This document shows positions 38,231 to 51,456 of a DNA stretch of 64,000 bases, in pieces. How positions within the stretch are numbered: the stretch's first letter is position 1; each line of letters begins with the position of its first letter. The position numbers and the translations under genes were made by a program. The stretch is from Octopus sinensis (Eukaryota): contig NC_043014.1 in NCBI RefSeq assembly GCF_006345805.1, positions 10,664,001 through 10,728,000 on the forward strand. The letters run 5' to 3'. The notes under the pieces are model-generated. The model saw only the letters and a program-made list of their open reading frames with translations, made no database searches and was not told where the DNA came from.

Positions 38231-38470
38231 GTCGTTTGTCCGCAGGTTTTATCCTTCCATTTGTGTCCACGGAGAGATTAATAGATTACAACTATTTTAA
38301 AGTTTATGCAAGCTAGGATTCAGTTGACAGGTCACTTTAACCTCAACCGTTACAGTGCATTTGGTCATAATGTGAATTGTGTTTATTCGCTGTGCTCAGT
38401 ACACTGTTTGAGAGTAGTTTAAAGCTGCCGTGTTAATTTTTCCTGCACATAAACGCCAGTTGTGTAAGTA

Positions 38471-39135
38471 CACAGACATGCAGGAAGTAAATAGACACCT
38501 TTAATTTTCAAAATTTTGTATTTGATATCAATTGGTTGAAGGAGAGGTTTTTTTCTAGCCGCTTGTCCATAATACCCAAGCTTATGCAGATATGTAACAC
38601 ACGTTGTTGGACTAACTTCTAGCTGTTTTGCAATGTCAGAAGCCTTCGAACGGGGTTCGTTTTCCACAATTCCCTTCAAACAGCGAAGCTTCCATTGCGG
38701 GGGCCCAGGTCGGCCGGGACGAGAATCTGTTGATTCTTTTCCTTGGCTTTTGAATTGCACTATAATTCTATTAAAGTGTAACCTCTCGAAAGAGCTGTTC
38801 TTCACTCCTGCTCCAGAGCGTCGGCTGCGGGGTCATTCAGAAGTGTAACCTCTCGAAAGAGCTGTTCTTCACTCCTGCTCCAGAGCGTCGGCTGCGGGGT
38901 CATTCCGAAAAGCTCTACCTGCGACGATTTCATCTCAATCGAAGGAGAGGAGCTTTCTCCGTCCGGGTTGCGGATCCGTGGAACAAGCTGCCAGACGAGA
39001 TGGTGAAGATGCCGACGACCGCTTTGTTCAAAGCCTCCCTGGACCTCAAGTGGCCTGAACTCTTTACATGAACACCACCCTGTACTTAACTCCATGTCCC
39101 CCTACATGGCCTTGCTATTTGCTTTTGAGCCAAAT

Positions 39136-39167
<32 letters not shown>

Positions 39168-39429
39168 AGTAGCAAGATGAATTTGTAGATTTTCGTTGCT
39201 TAAGACCAGCCTCAGACTGCCCAACAATACGACCTCTTTGAAAATCTGACAGTTCTGCTGAATTTTTTGTGCGAGGCATAGTTACTCTTCGCAAATGCTT
39301 AATACAATGGCACCTGGAATGAAAAAGAATAATTACATTGTAAATTCTACACCGCTGAAAACACATTAAGACGCTTAGATCAGAAATTTTGAAAATTAAA
39401 GGTGTCTATTTACTTCCTGTATGTCTGTT
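38471..39429 (-). mobile_element. Internally deleted Tc1-like transposon
   Basis: TIRs of about 45 bp (CACAGACATGCAGGAAGTAAATAGACACCTTTAATTTTC) with TA flanks; MPRTKNSAELSDFQRGRIVG and SRPGRP...ARKKPLL paired/HTH motifs; no DDE domain. Confidence 0.88.
38774..39166 (+). mobile_element. CR1-clade LINE 3' end with (TAAC)n tail, nested in the Tc1 element
   Basis: LRGHSEKL..RRGAFSVRVADPWNKLPDEMV..FKASLD motif; 67-bp duplication at the 5' end. Confidence 0.88.
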
Positions 39430-39443
39430 TATATACATATATA

Positions 39444-39491
<48 letters not shown>

Positions 39492-39792
39492 CGTGTGTAT
39501 ATGTTCGTGTGTCTGTGTTTATTCCCCCAACATCGCTTGACAACCGATGCTGGTGTGTTTACATCCCCGTAACTTAGCGGTTCGGCAAAATGGAACGATA
39601 GAATAAGTACTAGGCTTACAAAGAATAAGTCCCGGGGTCGATTTGCTCGACTAAAAGGCAGTGCTCCAGCATGGCCACAGTCAAATGACTCAAACAAGTA
39701 AAAGATATGAATGTATGTATTTATGAATTTTTTATGTAGTGAGATAAAAAAAACCATGGTTGTATAGATATTAGAGCATTTATAGATAGAAG

Positions 39793-39847
39793 GGCTTACA
39801 GCTGTTTCTAGAATATCAATTAATAATAATATCCTTTCATCGGAGAC
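39793..39847 (-). ncRNA. Hammerhead-like motif (U4C)
   Basis: Minus strand: gtct CCGATGA a aggatat..atattct a GAAAC agct GTA agcc. Confidence 0.55.
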
Positions 39848-39917
39848 AGTGTGAGAGGAAAAGTTAAATCATAGTTAGTTTCGATGTATGCATGTATTTA
39901 TGTGTGTGTGTGTGTGT

Positions 39918-39961
<44 letters not shown>

Positions 39962-40869
39962 AATATGGTTGGACATTTTAGGTATATTTCTTTTAACTAG
40001 CTACCTGCCCTGAGGCAAGACTGGAAAGAAAATTAAAATACTAAAACCCTCGTTACCATGGTTTATATGACGATTTGTCTCCCTTATAAATTATACAGTT
40101 ACATTCTTTGTGAAACATCATTTGAACTAAAACGGTTGATACATAACATTTTGATTTAGCAAAAGTGTATCATTGATACTGGATATGCAAACTTTTCATA
40201 TTGGATCCGTCAATGTTTTCTTTCTCCTGTATACCCTAACTACTTGCATGTCAAGAGAGCAGTTTACTTCCGTAGCAATATCGGACCGGTTGTGCATAAT
40301 TTCGCTGTGGTTATTCCATTGAACATGCAGCTGTGATGTATTCGTTTTATTTTGCTTTCTCATTGATGGTGTTATTCCAGATTATATAGTCGTGCCTCGA
40401 GGACATTCTCACATTTGCTTATTAAAAATGCTATTTCTTCATATCAACTTTCAATAGGTTTTCAGGATTTTGACATGTTTGTTTGTTTTTGTTTTTTGTT
40501 TTTTTGTTTTGTTATTTTTTTTTTCTCATGATGGCGTATCTTCTAGAGCGATTTTTGGCGAAGAATTTATTCATTCTTTTATTTTGTTTTGCTAAAACTA
40601 CGTTAATTTGTTTGCTTGCTGAGCTTTGAAATCTTCTGGAATATGGTTATTTTAAAAAATTTGCTACGATTCTTATTATTCTTTATTTGATAAACAACGT
40701 ATTGACTGCATTAGATTTCATAAAAATATATAAAATCTAGCAAATATTTTCCCCTTAGAACAAACATTTTATCCTGAATTAGCAGGAGTAACCTAGATCA
40801 AGAGACTTACCTATGTTTTATTTTAGCCATTGCGAGCAGTTAGTAATGTTCCGAATGTCAAGCTTAGGT

Positions 40870-41098
40870 GAGAGACGTTTTGGCACGGCAGTTTTGGCAC
40901 CGCCAATTTGGCGTCGCTGATTCAACGTTGATGGATTTGACATCAGACGTTTTAATGTTTCTCGCTTTCTCCCTATCTTTTTCTCTCCCTCTCTCTTTCT
41001 TCCTCTCCTCTCTCTATGTTAGTGAGAATATTATTGTTTATGCATATGAGAAGGACTGTGCTTATGTCAGTCATATTCAATTTATAGCTGGTAATGTA

Positions 41099-41150
<52 letters not shown>

Positions 41151-41365
41151 GTTCTCCCTCTCATAACCTCACTCTCACCGTCTCAGCCCCTCTCTCTCTC
41201 CTTCCTCTCAACTCTCGGCCCTCTCACTCTCTGTATGTACATATTTCTCGCGCACGCATGTGTTTGCCGCCAGTGTTACAAAGTTCTAACACCAAAACGA
41301 GGTAAATCTCCAACCAGCCATGCCGAATCTCCAGCGCCAAAACGGCTGCGCCCATTTGTCTCATT
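40870..41365. mobile_element. MITE-like element with imperfect TIRs
   Basis: GAGACGTTTTGGCAC... / ...GCGCCAAAACGG..TTGTCTC. Confidence 0.5.
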
Positions 41366-41789
41366 CTACACAAAAGTTCTTTCTAAATAATTCAGCCATA
41401 TTCCAGTTGAGTAATTCACTGCTATTTCAAATCCTTGTTAGAAAGGTTTATTTCCAGTACTTATATTATTTCGAAGGCGGCGAGCAGGCACAATTGCCAG
41501 CACGCCAGTCAAAACGCATAGCGGCATTTCGTCCGTCTTTGCATTCCGAGTTCAAATTCCACCGAGGCCGACTTTACCTTTCATCCTTTCGGGAGCGATA
41601 AAATAGATACCAGCTGAGTATTAGGATCGATCTAATTGACTAGGCCCTTCCCCTTAAATTTGCTGGCCTTGTGTCAAAATTTGAACCCATTATTATATTA
41701 TTTCGGACACGTTATAATCTATCGTGCATCTGATATGTTAACATGATTTGAGAGTTCAGTTATTCGTTTGGCCATGAATTGACCATCCT

Positions 41790-42298
41790 TTCCAAATTCC
41801 GCCGAGGTCGACTTTGCCTTCCATCCTTTCGGGGTCGATTAAATAAGTACCGGTTACGCACTGGGGTCGATATAATCGACTCAATCCGTTTGTCTGTCCT
41901 TATTTGTTCCCCTCTGTGTGTAGCCCCTTGTGAGCAATAAAGAAATAAGAAACGTTAGCATGCCGGGCGAAATGCTTAGCGGTATTTCGTCTGCCGCTAC
42001 GTTCTGAGTTCAAATACCGCCGAGGTCGACTTTGCCTTTCATCCTTTCGGGGTCGATTAAATAAGTACCAGTTACGCACAGGGGTCGATATAATCGACTT
42101 AATCCGTGTGTCTGTCCTTGTTTGCCCCCTCTATGTTTAGCCCCTTGTGGGTAGTAAAGAAATAGGTATTTCATCTGCCGTTACGTTCTGAGTTCAAATT
42201 CGCCGAAGTCGATTTTGCCTTTCGTCTTTCGGGGTCGATCTAATCGACTGGCCTCCTCCCCAAAAATTTCGGGCCTTGTACCTAGAGTAAAGAAGAAT
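41790..42298 (+). mobile_element. SINE array: two young-tail units followed by an old-tail unit
   Basis: Junctions GAAATA|AGAAACGTTAGC (about 41947) and GAAATA|GGTATTTC (about 42164). Confidence 0.85.
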
Positions 42299-42553
42299 AT
42301 AACCTGTCTTTATATGTATATTTATATTTATACGTAGGTGCATTATAAGTTCAAATCGATGGGCTGGCAGAATCATTAGCGCTTCGGACAAAATGCTTGT
42401 CGTCACTTTTTACGTTCTGCGTTCAAATTTCAACAAGTATTTATTTTATTGCCCCCGAAACGATAAAGACTTGAACTCAAAATATAAGGACGAAAGAAAT
42501 ATTACTAACCATATTGCCCGGCGTTGTAACCATTTTGCCATATCGCCACCTCA

Positions 42554-42590
<37 letters not shown>

Positions 42591-42595
<5 letters not shown>

Positions 42596-43058
42596 GATGG
42601 GCTACAGCAAATATTCTGCTCAATACCACAGATTTGCTTGTCAGTTGTTTGACCTTAACCAGTTGACCATGTCCCTTAGTGGCTGACACTATGTGCATCT
42701 CTGATCACGAGCAGAAGTAGTGGGGGAGCATCATAGCCATGTGTTGAGAAGGATTCTTTGGGGTTTGAATAATTCACCTCTGGAAACATGGGTGGTTCTT
42801 TCAACATCCTTAAACAACCCTTATTCAGGGACCTTTTGAGCGGGATGGGTTACTCGATCTGAAGAAAATTCTAACTGGGCTCCACCTGCAAGGTCATGTG
42901 CTGTTTATCTTGATATGAGATCACCATGTCGCGCACATATGGTTGTGATGCATGTGCCTGGTGTACCCTTATCAGACGGGTAGTCATGATGGGTATACTG
43001 GGCTTCGTATATTTTACCCCAGTGTCACTTTGATGGCATGCTCTGCTCGCTCACTCAA
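42591..43058 (+). mobile_element. 5'-truncated non-LTR 3' UTR element ending in (AAT)n
   Basis: Shares its 3' end CTCACTCAATAATAAT with the longer copy at 43702-44246. Confidence 0.7.
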
Positions 43059-43294
43059 TAATAATAATAATAATAGTCCTTTCCACTAAAGGCACAAGGC
43101 CTGGAGTTTGGTAGAGAGGGATAGTCGATTACATCGACCCCAGTACTCAGCTGGTACTTATTTTATCGATCCTGAAAGGATAAAAGGCAAAGTCGACCTC
43201 GGCGGAATTTGAACTCAGAACGTAAAGACGGATGAAATGCTGTAAAGCATATCTTCCGGCGAGCTAACGATTCTGTCATCTCGCTACCTTAGTA

Positions 43295-43354
<60 letters not shown>

Positions 43355-43559
43355 GTAATAATAATAATCCTTTCTACTAAAGGCGCAAGGCCTAAAACTT
43401 GGAGTGGAGAGGACTAGGCGATTACGTCGACCCCATTATTTCACTGGTACCTAATTTATCGATCGCGAAAGGATGAATTTGAACTCAGAACGTAAAGACG
43501 AACGAAATGACGCTAAGCATTTCACCTGGCGTGCTAACGATTCTGCCAGCTCACCACCT

Positions 43560-43590
<31 letters not shown>

Positions 43591-43611
43591 TAATAATAAA
43601 ATAATAATAAC

Positions 43612-43645
<34 letters not shown>

Positions 43646-43648
43646 TAA

Positions 43649-43701
<53 letters not shown>

Positions 43702-43703
<2 letters not shown>

Positions 43704-44244
43704 GTACCAGGCAGTGGCTCTCATGGCTTCTGATCTTAACTGATTGGAAGTGTTATCATGTACATTGTTTTGTCTTGGTATAAAAGATGGGCTACAGCAA
43801 ATATTCTGCTCAATACCACAGATTTGCTTGTCAGTTGTTTGACCTTAACCAGTTGAGCATGTCCTTAGTGGCTGACGATATGTGCATCTCTGATCACGAG
43901 CAGAAGTAGTGGGGGAGCATCATAGCCATGTGTTGAGAGGGATTCTTGGGGTTTGAATAGTTCACCTCTGGAAACATGGGTGGTTCTTTCAACATCCTTA
44001 AACAACCCTTATTCAGGGACCTTTTGAGCGGGATGGGCTACTCAACCTGAAGAAAATTCTAACTGGGCCCCACCTGCAAGGTCATGTGCTGTTTATCTTG
44101 ATATGAGATCACCATATCGCGCACATATGGTTGTGATGCATGTGCCTGGTGTACCTTTATCAGACGGGTAGTCATGATGGGTATATTGGGCTCCGTATAT
44201 TTTACCCCAGTGTCACTTTGATGGCATGAACTGCTCTCTCACTC

Positions 44245-44246
<2 letters not shown>
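43702..44246 (+). mobile_element. Longer copy of the (AAT)n-associated element
   Basis: Nearly identical to 42591-43058 with about 85 bp extra 5' sequence; (AAT)n on both sides. Confidence 0.7.
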
Positions 44247-44286
<40 letters not shown>

Positions 44287-44498
44287 TCAGACAAATACAT
44301 AACAAAAACACCAGGACTTACAAACACATATAACATACAGAAAATTGCACTACTAGGCACTGCACACATCCTACGCAGAACACTTTCCATACAATAACCA
44401 TCAGAGCATCACAACAAATCACAGCACATACCCAAGGTACACAGAGCTGCGCTCGGTAGTGAAGTGAAAGCACGCTATAAAAATAAAACTACTGAATG

Positions 44499-44500
<2 letters not shown>
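44287..44500 (+). mobile_element. Dong/R4-like LINE 3' end in (TAA)n
   Basis: SDKYITKTPGLTNTYNIQKIALLGTAHILRRTLSIQ*. The QK..LLGTAHILR terminus and TAA targeting are characteristic of Dong. Confidence 0.8.
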
Positions 44501-44531
<31 letters not shown>

Positions 44532-44534
44532 CTA

Positions 44535-44595
<61 letters not shown>

Positions 44596-44598
44596 GTA

Positions 44599-44651
<53 letters not shown>

Positions 44652-44749
44652 CAAAAGAAAAGGAAATAGATAAATATATATAGGAATAGATGAAGTGTAT
44701 TTAATGCAACATCCCTGTAAAGCACACAGCAAACAACTAACAGACATGT

Positions 44750-44950
44750 ATTCTCCTTTTCTACAATGGTAAGAATATTGTCTGCCTTCATCCGTTTCCA
44801 GATTCATTTGTTTGTCTTTCTGCCGTGATATGTTATGCCCAGAGCTGATCTTTCCATTTTGTGTCGGCACGCTGCCAGTTTCCGCTCCAGAGTTCACGTT
44901 TCCAAGCCATAGACAACTATTGGCTCTATTGAAGGGTTTCGGATTGTAGT
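44750..44950 (-). mobile_element. Old RTE-like ORF2 fragment
   Basis: IEPIVVYGLET*TLERKL...KMERSALGITY..RKTN.*IW matches the YG.ETW / MER.MLGIT..DRK.N.WI motif. Confidence 0.6.
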
Positions 44951-45240
44951 CTGAAACAGCGAGGGAGGTTTAATTACACAAGGCAGCGATCATTATTATT
45001 ATTATTATTATTATTATTTTCTTGGAAGAGGCTAAGCTTAATATTCATTTCGTATACGTTTTGTTACTTCTTTTTTTTTTTCGATTTCATTTTTCCGTCT
45101 AACTGTATTTCATCCTCTTCCATTATAAACCATTTTGCTTATTACACTACACATTCACAAAGACAGACACAGAAATACACACACACACACAGATGTGCAT
45201 GTATTTGTGTGTGTGCCTACGTGCATGCATATATACGTAA

Positions 45241-45289
<49 letters not shown>

Positions 45290-45299
<10 letters not shown>

Positions 45300-45451
45300 G
45301 GGGATGACCACTAAGTGGACATCCATATGCTAGAAGTCGACCTCCTATGGTCTTACCACTAAGAAAGGAATGTTCTTATAGTGGTAAGAACATAGGGGAT
45401 CGACTTCTAGCATATGGATGTCCACTTAGTGGCCATCCCTCTTATATGTAT
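45290..45451. repeat. Fold-back element beside (TA)n
   Basis: Inverted arms of about 72 bp (..CCACTAAGTGGACATCCATATGCTAGAAGTCGA..). Confidence 0.85.
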
Positions 45452-45685
45452 GTAATATAATTTTTCTGATAAACTAGTCTATAAATTAAAAATGACACCC
45501 CACCCCGTAATAAAACTAGATAACAGAAAAATCAGTGACAGGCAGTGTCTTCTTGAGAAAAAAAATTCAGTTACATCTATGATGTTGTTGGTAAAACATT
45601 TTCTTTGTCTAACTCTTTATATTCTTGGAGATTTTAGGTAAAATTATACTAATGTGTCCTAATTTAATTAAATTCTATGTCTTTG

Positions 45686-45777
45686 TGCAACTGAGGATGG
45701 CTCTACATTTTAAATTGATGTAATGAAATGATTGCAGTGTTCAATTAAATGGAGTCGCATGAAACGATCATACTGCA
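45686..45777 (+). ncRNA. Long-stem-II hammerhead, degenerate copy
   Basis: tgcaa CTGAGGA tg...cat GAAAC gatc ATA ctgca; paralog at 52098. Confidence 0.55.
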
Positions 45778-46601
45778 TTACCTCTGGCTATCCTTGTTGC
45801 TTATTTTGATTATATGTATATCAGAGGCAACACCAGATCATCAGCGTCATTCAAGCTCATCACAAATTTCACATGTGACATATGCCTGCTCGAAGAATTT
45901 CACGTTTTTCTGCAATATTTCTAACCTCAAATGGCTTATTTTTTTTATATCTAACACTATGTCTTTCTCCATTTCTAAGTTAAGGGTTAAAATAAAGCAA
46001 CCCTGCTAAACACGACGCACAGAATAACAACAATCAAATAACGACAGCAGAGTGCACAGCTAACATCAGCGATTTGACTGTTGCCTGTACTCTTGACAAT
46101 TGACAAGAGATACCAGTTAATCCTTTACACCTACCAGGCTCGTTCGTATTAGCACGAGTTGTTGGATAATTTTTCGTTCCTTTAAGAATATTGTAGAACG
46201 GAAACTTTTCGTAGATTGGAATTTAATTCCTAATCTATATAGAAATTTATTGTTTTAAGAAAAAATTGAATTTCAATTACTTTTAATTTTTACGATTACA
46301 GATAATAACTCGGGCTGTAACATTTAAACCCGAGTCAGGTGCGTGTGAACGATATCGAGAGAACGTCTGGTACGAATGATATTCTTTGACAGAGGGCATC
46401 TCTAAGACGACCGCCAGACGTTGAACGAAAGTAAATGAACTGCGACCGGCTCAATAAATAGAGCCCGAGTTACTGGCTGAAATTACATATTTGAAGTCAT
46501 TATTGGCAGAAATTAAATCAGCTTGCAAATTCACGTTCAATTTACTAAATTTATACTCTGGCTAAGCCCGAACAGCCCGAATGCCGGAGTCACCACTGAT
46601 A

Positions 46602-46697
<96 letters not shown>

Positions 46698-48046
46698 TTA
46701 TATTGCTATATTTTGAGATGGCCATTTTTTTTGTTGTGTCTGAGGAGAGGATTCAACCTGGAACCATATGGTTGGTAAGCAAGCTACTTAGCACACAGCT
46801 ACTCCTGTGAAATTTTGAATTTAGCTCACAGACCCCACAATACCACCCTCACGGACCACCAGCAATACGCGGGCTCCAGTTTGGGACCCACTGACCCAGG
46901 CAGTAATTTGGCTGAATCGTTAGAATGTCGGACAAAACCGCTTAGCGATATTCCTTCTGGTTCTTTACGTTTAGAGCTCGAATCCTGCTGATCCCAACTT
47001 TGCTTCTCATCCTTTGAAGGGTGCAGGTCGATAAAATACAGTCCTAGACAGGTTAGAGATCAATAGAATCGACTTGCTACCTTTATCTCTAAAATTGCAG
47101 GCTTTGTCTCAAAATTTGAAACGGTTGTATATATGTTTGTGTCTGTGTGTTTGTTTAAAATGTTTTTATGCAAACAGAATTATAAACAACAAACGAAATC
47201 CAACAGTTTTCCCGGGAATCTGCATTCCTTTATTTCCCGCTCTCTCTGTGTTTCTTTCTTCACCTCCTCCTTCTCTCTCTCTCCCTGTTTCTCCCTTTCT
47301 TCCTGCCCCTTTCTTCTCTCCCTCTGTTAATATATCCATTTGTGCGAGCGCGCCTATGTAGGTAAAGTGTCAGAGAGAGAAAGAAACGGTAGACGAAGGT
47401 AGATGCATTCATTATTTGATGCAACAGAATTTATATATGCATATTAATTTAGCTCGTCGCTCGCCATTTTCCTTATGTCAGTCAACATTACACCTGTACG
47501 AGTCAAAATCAAAGCACGGTGCTTTCGTAGCCTGGGCATTGTAGCAGCAGCACGAACAGAGCTTTCTGTTGCACTATTAGACGTACTAAAAGTACTACAC
47601 TAACAAGAACAATTGAAATCCAGGCAGACAAAATGTGACTGTTGAGCGAAGCAGCTTAAACTGCCATTGTTTGTTTTTATATCATAAAAGCTGCAAATTC
47701 AACATTTCTTAAATATTACCTGGCTGTTTCTAGAGTAAATAACACACAGGCACATGGCACTAATAGCTTCACTTCAAATGAGATTGGAAAAAAATTCATG
47801 AACATCACAAAATCCCATTTTGCCAATCTTATAATAAATGCCTCTTAATTCGAAAACATGTATTGTACATCTTACATTAATCTATTTGGTGTTATTCGCT
47901 TAAAAGGATAAACACATTTCATTTACTTTACGAAGATATCACGACAAACTGATGTTGTGGAGAGCATACATCACTCAATAAAAGTGCATATGTATGTCTG
48001 TGTGTGAGTATGTTTGTGCGCATGTATATATACTAATATATGTGTC

Positions 48047-48093
<47 letters not shown>

Positions 48094-48354
48094 ATACAAT
48101 AGGGTAATAATAAATTATTATTACCAGTCGCCTAGCACAAAAACGAATTAGTCATTAGACTATATATTATTCGTATAGAAATACAATAAGAGGCTTCCAA
48201 ATAGGAAAGCCTTGTGCTAGAAATCTTTTTAATTTTCATTCCTTTCGAAAATTTATCTTTATTTGGTGGTTTTGAGTTTTCTACTGCTCTTTCTAGCACA
48301 AGGCTTTCCTATTTGGAAGCCTCTTATTGTATTTATATATATGTATACTTATAT

Positions 48355-48398
<44 letters not shown>

Positions 48399-48510
48399 TG
48401 AATGTATATGTATATATATATAATTTCAACAATTGAGGGTAAAATTAATTAATTAATTAATCAATTTCACCAAGTATTCAGTATGCAAAGGGACCATTTA
48501 AGGCGAATTC

Positions 48511-48759
48511 AAATTATTACATTATATAAAAGGGCTTAGTAAAATAAATTACTTTGCCGCATACTGACTCGTTAGAAATAGCAGCTAAAAAAACTTTTTA
48601 TAAAACTATTTCTAACACTTAAAGTGTTAGAAACTATTCTAACACTTTAAGTGTTAGAAATAGTTTTATAAAAAGTTTTTTTAGCTGCTATTTCTAACGA
48701 GTTCAGTATGCGGCAAAGTAATTTATTTTACTAAGCCCTTTTATATAATGTAATAATTT
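48511..48759. repeat. Near-perfect palindrome with duplicated centre, beside (TA)n
   Basis: AAAAGGGCTTAGTAAAATAAATTACTTTGCCGCATACTGA... and its reverse complement. Confidence 0.85.
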
Positions 48760-48875
48760 GTATATATATATATATATAACGGGAAGCTTTATGAAAATAA
48801 ACAAAAGACGAACGCAGGTGGAATACAAACATACAATTGTATTAGTATGGCGCTCAGGAATATAAATAAAACAAG

Positions 48876-48913
48876 TCTTTAACGTTTCGAGCCTACGCTC
48901 TTCAACAGAAAGA
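48876..48913 (-). ncRNA. A6U hammerhead-like motif
   Basis: Minus strand: tcttt CTGTTGA a gagcgtaggctc GAAAC GTT aaaga. Confidence 0.6.
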
Positions 48914-49786
48914 TACACAGAAAAGAAACACAGAAAGAAACAAGGAGACAAAAAAAATGCGTGCAGAGGCTAGCGAATCAACATGGCCATTATATATATA
49001 AGTATGCATACAATTATACACACATAAATACACACACACATACACTCATACATATATATATATATATCAATATATATATCTATAATGGAACAAAAACGTG
49101 GTAGATGACAATAAAATAATCAAACAGAGAGACAATACAAAGGCGTACAGAAGAAACAACAATTAGAAGGTCAGGCAAAAAAAGACGGATCATTCGTGGC
49201 CTTCTTTCCTCAGTCAAGTAACTAAAGTCCTTACTGTTTCGGGCAGTTACACTTGAGACAGTTCAACCTGGTTGCCCTCCACAAAAAAGTCTAAGCTAAG
49301 AGCATTAGAACTTTTTGTAAGAAAGCTAGCGAATGTGTACGGCAACAAAGACAAAAAATGGAGAACATCGTACACAATTACAAATACAAACAACAAGAAT
49401 ATAAAAACAGGTGTCTTTCGACTGAGAACGAATCAAATTGAGCTGGCGTGTATGAAGTGAAAGCCTAGAGGCAGGAACACAGATGGAAATAAGAGATTAT
49501 GGCTGGCCGGACAACGGTCAAGTGGAAGGAAGAGAGAGGGTAGGGGTCAGCGGGATTGAAGGATTAGAAAAAATCAGACAAATGGAAAGGTACACAAAAG
49601 GAAAGGTACACATACATACATAGATACATACATATGTGTATGTATGTATGACCGCAGCTTTCAAGCTGAAACTACTTTAAAAGTAATATATATGTCTGTC
49701 CGATGTCAGATGCCATGATAGATCGTTAGCTACTACACACATTTTTCTTCTCTCCTTGTTTCTCTCCTTGTTTTTTTTTCTGTGTA

Positions 49787-49824
49787 TCTTTCTGTCGAAG
49801 AGCGTAGGCTCGAAACGCAAAAGA
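49787..49824 (+). ncRNA. A6U hammerhead-like motif (triplet GCA)
   Basis: tcttt CTGTCGA a gagcgtaggctc GAAAC GCA aaaga. Confidence 0.5.
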
Positions 49825-49928
49825 CTTTTTCTATTCTTGAGCGCTATACTAATACATTTGTTTGTTTGTACACCACCTGCCTTCGTCTTTTGTTTATTTT
49901 CGTAAACTTTCCCTATATATATATATAA

Positions 49929-50280
49929 AGCAATAAGAAAATGGAGGAGAACAATAGGTGATTCATCAACTTTTAGACATTATATTATGTAAACTTATTT
50001 ATCTATTTACTAAACTGATAATTACAATAATATACATACATATAACATATTATTCTTTACATATAAGATATAAGATATAAGATATAAAATATAGCAATAT
50101 ATAAGGATATAATAATTACTTGTATCTTATATATCTTATATGTAAAGAATAATATGTTATATGTATGTATATTATTGTAATATTGTATTGTAATATGTAT
50201 GTATATTATTGTAAGTTTACATAATATAATGTCTAAAAGTTGATGAACCACCTATTGATCCCCTCCATTTTCTTATTGCT
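49929..50280. repeat. Fold-back element beside (TA)n
   Basis: AGCAATAAGAAAATGGAGG..CATCAACTTTTAGACATTATATTATGTAAACTT and its reverse complement. Confidence 0.8.
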
Positions 50281-50466
50281 CTATAAATTAATGGTAAAAT
50301 ATCTCTTTATCTTCACCCATTTAATACACTAGATAATGTAATTTCAATGCAAAAAAAACCCCACTTGTGTATTAATAATTGGGTATACTACCAGCAGTAT
50401 ATTGGATAGATATTATCCCTTAGTAGGATAAATCACAACCTCTAACTTTCTTGGAGTTATATATAT

Positions 50467-50860
50467 ACTCTTTACTCTTTTACTCTTTTAATTGTTTCAG
50501 TCATTTGACTGCGGCCACGCTGGAGCACCGCCTTTAGTCGAGCAAATCGACCCCAGGACTTATTCTTTGTAAGCCTAGTACTTTTTCTATCGGTCTCTTT
50601 TACCGAACCGCTAAGTTACGGGGACATGAACACACCAGCATCGGTTGTCAAGCGATGTTGGGAGGACAAACACACACACACATATATATATATACATATA
50701 CACGACAGGCTTCTTTCAGTTTCCGTCTACCAAATCCACTCACAAGGCTTTGGTCGGCCCGAAGCTATAGCAGAAGACACTTGCCGAAGGTGCCACGCAG
50801 TGGGACTGAACCCGGAACCATGTGGCTGGTAAGCAAGCTACATACCACACAGCCACTCAT
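50467..50860 (-). mobile_element. CORE/V-like SINE, near full length
   Basis: Same family as 34980. Confidence 0.88.
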
Positions 50861-50970
50861 ATATATATATATATATATATAAAGAGCAACTCATACTTGC
50901 CAGCGCCTTCATTTCGCATGACAAATATGAATGAAGGTGTATTAAATACCATACACGTTACATGTCTGAT

Positions 50971-51018
<48 letters not shown>

Positions 51019-51371
51019 ATTAACCATATACCCATCGAGAACAAGTGAACAGATGTCTAATGGCAATCGTGAGTCATCGCAGACGGGAAGAGTGGAAAAG
51101 AAGATAATATCACATTTCACGTTTCAGGAATTTTTAAGAATCGACGTGCCATTGCTTTCTTATGTTTTGTTTTTGCTTTCTGACTGCAGTAGGGTGGAAC
51201 AGCCGATGAGATATGATCTTTCGACAATATGCAACCTCAGAACAGTTGATTCTGGCAGAAATATGACTTCGACATACAGAGAAAAGTTTGAGTATGTATA
51301 TTAATTAATAAATTAATTTGGTATTCATTGGACCTCTTCATTTTGAAACTTTAAAATATTTGATATATATA

Positions 51372-51423
<52 letters not shown>

Positions 51424-51456
51424 GTATATATGTATATGTATGTATGTATATATATA

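Noticed and set aside
44532-44897. 121-aa ORF as a host exon
   Set aside because: Another frame matches decayed RTE ORF2, and the rest is (ATT)n.
46150-46540. Possible mariner remnant
   Set aside because: Only a vague resemblance, with no clear TIR pair or motif.
49180-49245. HHR-like words CTGAGGA and GAAAC on the minus strand
   Set aside because: Stems I and II do not form; too degenerate to call.
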